Shown: piece by piece, positions 58,360 to 64,000 of the stretch
Position numbering within the stretch: the stretch's first letter is position 1
Layout of the letters: every line of letters begins with the position of its first letter
Assembly (NCBI GenBank): GCA_040753155.1
Contig: JBFMEU010000001.1
Span: 13,273 to 77,272 of the forward strand
Reading direction: 5' to 3'
Source: Bacillota bacterium
GTDB lineage: Bacteria; Bacillota; Desulfotomaculia; Desulfotomaculales; JBFMEU01
Length of the DNA: 64,000 nt
Notes under the pieces: generated by a model
Seen by the model: only the letters and a program-made list of their open reading frames with translations
Told to the model about the DNA's origin: nothing
The model's database searches: none
Made by a program: the position numbers and the translations under genes

Positions 58360-58791
58360 TTACTTGGAAAGCTCGTCAATCACCCGTTCAAAAACCACAA
58401 AATCCTCCAGGGTAAACTGATCCCTGATCTCCTGGTCCAGCTTTTCAGCCAGACTGATAATCTCATCTTTGTTTGCCAGGGCCTTATCTTTTAAAAAGAT
58501 TAAAAGTGACCGGCGGTCCTCCGGGTCGTCCCTTCGCTCCACCAGTTCCGACCGCTCCATGCGGTCCATAATCCCGGTGAGGGTGGAGCCGTCCATGTTC
58601 AATTTCCGGGCCAGGTCCTTAAATTTTACCCCGTCGTCCTCCCACAAAGCGCTGAGCACGTAAAACTGCACCGGGGTAATGCCGTACGGCGCTAAGTTGC
58701 TCTCATAGTAGCGCTGCACTTTTCTCATCACCCGGCTGAGCTTGTAGCACATGTACTTGGACGGCCCGGACTGGCTTTGCTGCTGATCCAT
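58360..58791 (-). CDS. MarR-family transcriptional regulator
   Basis: 143-aa ORF with a winged HTH (GITPVQFYVLSALWEDDGVKFKDLARKLNMDGSTLTGIMDRMERSELVERRDDPEDRR). Confidence 0.9.
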   Translation of the reverse strand: MDQQQSQSGPSKYMCYKLSRVMRKVQRYYESNLAPYGITPVQFYVLSALWEDDGVKFKDLARKLNMDGSTLTGIMDRMERSELVERRDDPEDRRSLLIFLKDKALANKDEIISLAEKLDQEIRDQFTLEDFVVFERVIDELSK

Positions 58792-58995
58792 AACTTACCT
58801 CGCATTAACTTATGATTACATGCAATTTATTTGTATACTAATAATTATAACCCAAATCTAATTTATGTCAATGGCTTATTATGATTATCATCTAACTTTT
58901 TACTTCTTAATTGCCAGAGTCCCGGCAATCACCGATTGCACAGCAGACTTGCATCATGTTCCCGCCGGGTTTTTGATTATTCTAGTAAAGCTTTC

Positions 58996-59185
58996 GGGGG
59001 GGGGTCCGGTGTTATTCCTCGCTTGCTGCGCAACTATCTCTGACTGCGTTGAGTTATTTATGCTCCCCGCCTGCCACATTACCCGTGAAGTTAGCCTACG
59101 CCCTTTCGGGGTCATCCTCTTGGGATATGACGGGCTAGTCACCGCACCCGGTGCTCCGCTGCGCTCCGGATAAGCACCGGCCCCC
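58996..59185 (+). repeat. about 190-bp TIR element of the GGGGGCCGGTGTTATTC family
   Basis: Collinear with 29843-30026. The ends GGGGGTCCGGTGTTATTCC / GGATAAGCACCGGCCCCC are inverted repeats. Confidence 0.88.
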
Positions 59186-59231
59186 TGCATTGTTGATCCC
59201 GTTCTAGATTAACAAGGTTTACTTTCCAGAA

Positions 59232-59277
59232 GAAAAACCGGGCTGGGGGTGTAATTTGCCCCCCCAACACGGTTTTT
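59232..59277 (-). terminator. intrinsic terminator after the nitroreductase gene (hairpin flanked by A/T tracts on both sides)
   Basis: The - strand reads AAAAACCGUGUUGGGGGGGCAAAUUACACCCCCAGCCCGGUUUUUCUUC. Confidence 0.6.
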
Positions 59278-59293
59278 ATGTCTGCTTTGTTCC

Positions 59294-59827
59294 TTAAAAT
59301 TCCTTGCCCCACTCATTCAAGAATGCTATTTCCCTGATTTCCTTCCGGGGGCGGGGCTTAGGCTCGTAAGCGGGGTAGCCCAGGGGGGTAATCCCCACCA
59401 CCCGCAGATTGCCGGGGATGTTGAAGGTTTCCTTGAGGTACTTTTCATCCAGCCAGCCGGCCACCCAGCAAGTTCCCAGACCTTTATCCGCCGCTGCCAG
59501 CATGAGCTGCTGCATGGACAGGGCGGCATCAACCAGGTAGTAGTCCTTGCCGTCCTCACAGCCTGATTCCGCCGGGTCGGCGCACAGAATGATGTTTACC
59601 GGGGACTGGGCCAGAGCGTTTTTAGCCGGGTTTTTGTCGGGCACCGCGTTGGCCGCCAGCTTCCTGCTCTCGCCGGTGAGCACCAGGTAAAACCAGCCCT
59701 GCTTATTGTGCCAGGATGGGGCCAGTCTGGCCGCCTCCAGCACATATTCCAGCAGTTCCCGGGGAACCTGGTCCTCCTTCAGGCGACGCATGCTCTTTCT
59801 GGCTTTGATTGCTTCCATTAGCTCCAT
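59294..59827 (-). CDS. nitroreductase-family protein
   Basis: 177-aa ORF with AIKARKSMRRL and LEAARLAPSWHNKQGW. Confidence 0.88.
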   Translation of the reverse strand: MELMEAIKARKSMRRLKEDQVPRELLEYVLEAARLAPSWHNKQGWFYLVLTGESRKLAANAVPDKNPAKNALAQSPVNIILCADPAESGCEDGKDYYLVDAALSMQQLMLAAADKGLGTCWVAGWLDEKYLKETFNIPGNLRVVGITPLGYPAYEPKPRPRKEIREIAFLNEWGKEF

Positions 59828-59940
59828 ATGTGTTCAACCCCCTCACTCGATTCTAATCTTCTATAGGTCTGCCTCTGACCAATTCATGAAACAAAAACAG
59901 TGCTGCCACGCCGCTTTTAATCTTTCATAATTTATTTCTC

Positions 59941-61152
59941 TTAAACCTGGCGTAATCCTGCTTTTTTTTCCATTAAGGCCCTGACTTTCAGTGGCAGGCC
60001 AAACAGGTTGATGAAACCTTCGGCGTCAGCCTGGGTGTAGATTTCGTCCCGGCTGAAGGTGGCCAGTTCCTCATTGTACAATGAGTAGGGGGAGGTTGTG
60101 CCGGCCGGGGTGCAATTACCCTTGTACAGCTTCATGCGCACTTTGCCGGTTACGGTTTTCTGGGTCACCTCAACAAAGGCGTCCAGGGCCTCCCGCAAAG
60201 GTGAGAACCAAACCCCGTCGTAGACCAGCTCGGCATAACGGGCCGCAATAATTTCCTTGTAGTGCATAGTTATGCGGTCCAGGGTTAATAGCTCCAGCTC
60301 CCGGTGGGCCAGCCAGAGGATGGTGCCGCCGGGGGTTTCATAAACGCCCCGGGACTTCATGCCCACCAGGCGGTTTTCCACCATGTCCACAATGCCGATG
60401 CCATTGGCCCCGCCGATCTCGTTTAGCCTTTCTACCAGGGTTACCGGGTCCACCGTCTCACCGTTCAGGGACCTGGGATAACCCTGCTCAAAGCCAATTT
60501 CCACGTAGGTTGGCTTGTCCGGGGCCGCTTCCGGGGACACCGTCAGCATCAGCACATCACCGGGCGGTTCCTTGGCCGGGTCTTCCAGGTCGCCCCCCTC
60601 GTGGCTGAGGTGCCAGATGTTGCGGTCCATGCTGTAGGGGCGGTCCTTGGTCACCGGCACCGGAATACCCCGGGCCCCGGCGTAATCGATGGCATCTTCC
60701 CGGGAGCGGATGTCCCACTCCCGCCACGGTGCCACGATCTTGAGATCAGGGTTGAGGGCCTTTACGGTCAGCTCAAAGCGCACCTGATCATTGCCCTTGC
60801 CGGTGGCCCCGTGGGACACCGCCCCGGCGCCCTCCCGGGCGGCCACTTCCACCAGCTTCTTGGCAATCAGGGGCCGGGCCATGGAGGTACCCAGGAGGTA
60901 TTTGCCCTCGTAAATGGCTCCTGCCCGCAGGGTGGGAAATATGTAATCCTCCACAAACTCCCGCCGGACATCCTCAATGTAGATTTTGGCGGCGCCGCTC
61001 TTGACGGATTTTTCCTCCAGGGGGGCCAGTTCCTCCCCCTGCCCCAGGTCCGCCGCCATGGCAATAACCTCATAGCCGTAGTTTTCCTTAAGCCAGGGAA
61101 TAATGATGGAGGTATCCAGACCCCCGGAATAAGCCAGTACAACCTTTTTCAT
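59941..61152 (-). CDS. argG: argininosuccinate synthase
   Basis: [15 protein letters not shown], then [13 protein letters not shown]. The ORF-track start at 61161 is three codons upstream. Confidence 0.96.
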   Translation of the reverse strand: MKKVVLAYSGGLDTSIIIPWLKENYGYEVIAMAADLGQGEELAPLEEKSVKSGAAKIYIEDVRREFVEDYIFPTLRAGAIYEGKYLLGTSMARPLIAKKLVEVAAREGAGAVSHGATGKGNDQVRFELTVKALNPDLKIVAPWREWDIRSREDAIDYAGARGIPVPVTKDRPYSMDRNIWHLSHEGGDLEDPAKEPPGDVLMLTVSPEAAPDKPTYVEIGFEQGYPRSLNGETVDPVTLVERLNEIGGANGIGIVDMVENRLVGMKSRGVYETPGGTILWLAHRELELLTLDRITMHYKEIIAARYAELVYDGVWFSPLREALDAFVEVTQKTVTGKVRMKLYKGNCTPAGTTSPYSLYNEELATFSRDEIYTQADAEGFINLFGLPLKVRALMEKKAGLRQV

Positions 61153-61206
61153 CAGCAACATCTCCTCTTCGCTCCAGGTACGCGTTAATGTCTTAAGTAA
61201 CCAAGC

Positions 61207-61498
<292 letters not shown>

Positions 61499-61531
61499 AA
61501 CCAAGCTTATGATTAAACCGGCGCACAAGTT

Positions 61532-61656
61532 GGGGACATTCCTTATCGGGGACATTCCTCATCGGGGACATTCCTCATCGGGGACATTCCTCATCGGGGA
61601 CATTCCTCATCGGGGACATTCCTCATCGGGGACATTCCTCATCGGGGACATTCCTC
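61532..61656. repeat. tandem 16-mer GGGGACATTCCTCATC, 7 full units plus 1 partial
   Basis: Direct reading; units start at 61532, 61548 ... 61644. There are no spacers, so this is not a CRISPR array. Confidence 0.95.
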
Positions 61657-61664
61657 CGCAGGAG

Positions 61665-61730
61665 GTGTGTCCCCTTTCCTCTGCCGGTGTGTCCCCTTTC
61701 CTCTGCCGGTGTGTCCCCTTTCCTCTGCCG
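61665..61730. repeat. tandem 22-mer GTGTGTCCCCTTTCCTCTGCCG x3
   Basis: Direct reading. Ends 8 nt from the argF stop codon. Confidence 0.95.
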
Positions 61731-61738
61731 GAGGCTGA

Positions 61739-62680
61739 CTACATCAGCAGGGTTAAAACAGCCTTCTGGGCATGGAGGCGGTTTTCAGCCTCATCCAGTA
61801 CCACCGAGTGCGGTCCGTCAATAACCGCATCGGAGACTTCCTCGCCCCGGTGGGCAGGCAGGCAGTGCAGGAAGATAAAGTCCGGCCTGGCGTAGCGAAC
61901 CAGGTCCAGGTTGACCTGGTAGGGGGCAAAGACGGCCTTGCGCCGAACCTGCTCCGCTTCCTGGCCCATGCTGGCCCAAACGTCGGTAACCACCACGTCG
62001 GCCCCGGTTACAGCCGGCACAGGGTCGGTCACCACCTCCACCTTGCCCCCCTGGTCCCGGGCGTCCCGGCGGGCCCGGGAGATTATTTCCTCCCGGGGCC
62101 AGTACCCCTCCGGCGCGGCCACACTTATGCTCATGCCCGTCTTGGCGCAGCCCAGGAGCAGGGAGTGGCACACATTATTACCGTCCCCCAGGTAGGCCAG
62201 TTTTAAACCGGCCAGCCGGCCCTTGTGCTCCCGGATGGTCTGCAAGTCGGCCAGCACCTGACAGGGGTGCTCCAGGTCCGTCAGGCCGTTAATCACCGGC
62301 ACCGCGGCATACTTGGCCAGTTCCTCCACGTCGGACTGGGCGTAGGTGCGAATCATAATCCCGTCCACATAGCGGCTCAGCACCCGCCCTGTATCAGCCA
62401 CCGTTTCCCCCCGGCCCAGCTGCAGGTCGTTGGTGTTCAGGTAGAGCCCGTGCCCCCCCAGTTGGAACATGGCCACCTCAAAGCTGACCCTGGTGCGGGT
62501 GGAGGCCTTTTGGAAAATCATAGCCAGTGTTTTGCCCTTCAGGTGCGGGTGGGGTACGGCCGCCTTGTGCTTCTCCTTGAGCAGGTCGGCCAGGTCAAGA
62601 ATGGCCATAATTTCTTCTCCGGTCAGGTCATTCAGGGACAGCAGGTCCCGGCCCTTGAATTTGCTGTTTTCGTATAACAT
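61739..62680 (-). CDS. argF: ornithine carbamoyltransferase
   Basis: 313-aa ORF with FQKASTRTRVSFE, HPCQVLAD and HCLPAHRGEE. Confidence 0.96.
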   Translation of the reverse strand: MLYENSKFKGRDLLSLNDLTGEEIMAILDLADLLKEKHKAAVPHPHLKGKTLAMIFQKASTRTRVSFEVAMFQLGGHGLYLNTNDLQLGRGETVADTGRVLSRYVDGIMIRTYAQSDVEELAKYAAVPVINGLTDLEHPCQVLADLQTIREHKGRLAGLKLAYLGDGNNVCHSLLLGCAKTGMSISVAAPEGYWPREEIISRARRDARDQGGKVEVVTDPVPAVTGADVVVTDVWASMGQEAEQVRRKAVFAPYQVNLDLVRYARPDFIFLHCLPAHRGEEVSDAVIDGPHSVVLDEAENRLHAQKAVLTLLM

Positions 62681-62697
62681 GATTATACCTCCGCCTT

Positions 62698-62960
<263 letters not shown>

Positions 62961-62986
62961 TCCGCCTTGTTATTAACCCGGGCCGC

Positions 62987-64000
62987 CTATTTTGCCTGCG
63001 CTTCCTGCATGGCTTGCTCCAGTATGGCCAGGGCCTCATCTACCTCGGCCTCACTAATGATCAGGGGCGGAATGAAGCGCAGGATGTGGTTGTCGATGCA
63101 GTTAATCAGCAGGCCCCGCTCCCGGCAGCCGTCCACGATCTCCTTGCCCTCGATGGACAGGTCCATACCCAGCAGCAACCCCAGCCCCCGGACCTCGGTC
63201 ACAAAATCATAGCGACCGGCCAGGGATGCCAGCTGCGCCTTGAAGTAGTCGCCTGTCTTGGCGGCGTTTTCCACCACCCCGCCCCGGAGCATGACCTCCA
63301 TGGCGGCCAGGGCGGCGGCACAGGCCAGGGGATTGCCCCCGAAGGTTGAGGCATGGTCCCCGGGACTAAAGGCGGCCGCCACATCCTCCCGGGCCAGCAT
63401 GGCCCCGATGGGGAAGCCGCCGCCCAGGGCCTTGGCCAAGGTGATGATGTCCGGCTCCACCCCGGTGTGCTGGTAGGCCAAAAACTTGCCGGTACGGCCC
63501 AGCCCGCACTGCACCTCATCATAGATTAACAGGGCTTGAAAACGGTCACACAAGACCCGGGCCTGCTCCAGGTACTCCCGGCCGGCCACGTGCACGCCCC
63601 CCTCGCCCTGCACCGGCTCCAGCAGCACGGCGCAGGTGGCGGGGCCAACGGCCTGGGCCAGGGCCGCCGGATCATTGAAGGAAACATATTTAAAGCCCGC
63701 CGGCAGGGGCTCGAACCCCTGCTGGTACTTGGGCTGGCCGGTGGCGGTAAGGGCGGCCAGGGTACGGCCGTGAAATGACTTCAGGGCGGTTACAATCTCC
63801 ACCTTGGCGGGGCCGCCCGCCTGCTTGGCGTACTTGCGGGCCAGCTTGATGGCCGCCTCGTTGGCCTCGGCCCCGCTATTGCAAAAGAAGACCTTATCAC
63901 AGCAGGAATTCTCCGCCAGCAAGCCGGCCAGCCGGGCCTGGGGCTCTATGTAGTACAGATTGCTGACGTGCATCAGGATACCGGCCTGCCGGGCAACGGC
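62987..64000 (-). CDS. argD: acetylornithine aminotransferase (N-terminus beyond the window)
   Basis: HVSNLYYIEPQARLAGLL...FFCNSGAEANEAAIKLARKY and LIYDEVQCGLGRTGK. The frame stays open to position 64000. Confidence 0.92.
   Translation of the reverse strand, partial: AVARQAGILMHVSNLYYIEPQARLAGLLAENSCCDKVFFCNSGAEANEAAIKLARKYAKQAGGPAKVEIVTALKSFHGRTLAALTATGQPKYQQGFEPLPAGFKYVSFNDPAALAQAVGPATCAVLLEPVQGEGGVHVAGREYLEQARVLCDRFQALLIYDEVQCGLGRTGKFLAYQHTGVEPDIITLAKALGGGFPIGAMLAREDVAAAFSPGDHASTFGGNPLACAAALAAMEVMLRGGVVENAAKTGDYFKAQLASLAGRYDFVTEVRGLGLLLGMDLSIEGKEIVDGCRERGLLINCIDNHILRFIPPLIISEAEVDEALAILEQAMQEAQAK

Noticed and set aside
61532-61730. Possible CRISPR array (regular 16-nt and 22-nt repeats)
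   Set aside because: The units are contiguous with no spacers, the repeats are too short, and no cas genes are nearby. This is a plain tandem repeat.

Overview
64-kb chromosomal segment that looks like a high-GC Gram-positive, Clostridia/Peptococcaceae-type genome. That assignment is an inference from gene order, a glmS ribozyme, a T-box leader and a Cu-amine-oxidase 'stalk' domain protein. Almost all genes are on the - strand. Core blocks: gap (partial), rpoN, whiA-yvcK-rapZ; cdaA-cdaR-glmM-[glmS ribozyme]-glmS; a T-box-led ilvE-ilvD-ilvB-ilvN-ilvC-ilvB2-leuC-leuD-leuB-cimA operon; and argD-argF-argG with argH displaced. argG and argH are separated by about 23.7 kb of mixed content. It holds a nitroreductase, MarR, a Cys-rich Fe-S protein, an MFS transporter, an HD-GYP protein, four intact type II TA modules (MazEF, MNT-HepT, RHH-RelE, Phd-ParE), a YdbS/YdbT PH-domain pair and a liv ABC transporter. 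It also holds the most interesting locus: a four-gene - strand operon at 49220-55203. This encodes a helical protein of unknown family, two paralogous BrxD/DUF2791-like P-loop ATPases, and an SF1B helicase with Topo-type zinc ribbons. It matches no named defence system that I recognise. A single in-frame TAG separates its first two genes, and a repeat element sits between the third and fourth. The second striking property is the repeat load of the intergenic DNA. There are MITE-like elements with TIRs and target-site duplications that carry a truncated four-helix-bundle mini-ORF and (AGGAGTC)n arrays. There is a 134-nt three-hairpin element in 3 full and 1 partial copies, a GGGGGCCGGTG-TIR hairpin element family, other heptanucleotide arrays that abut stop codons, and 16-mer/22-mer tandem arrays. 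No rRNA, tRNA or CRISPR array was seen.
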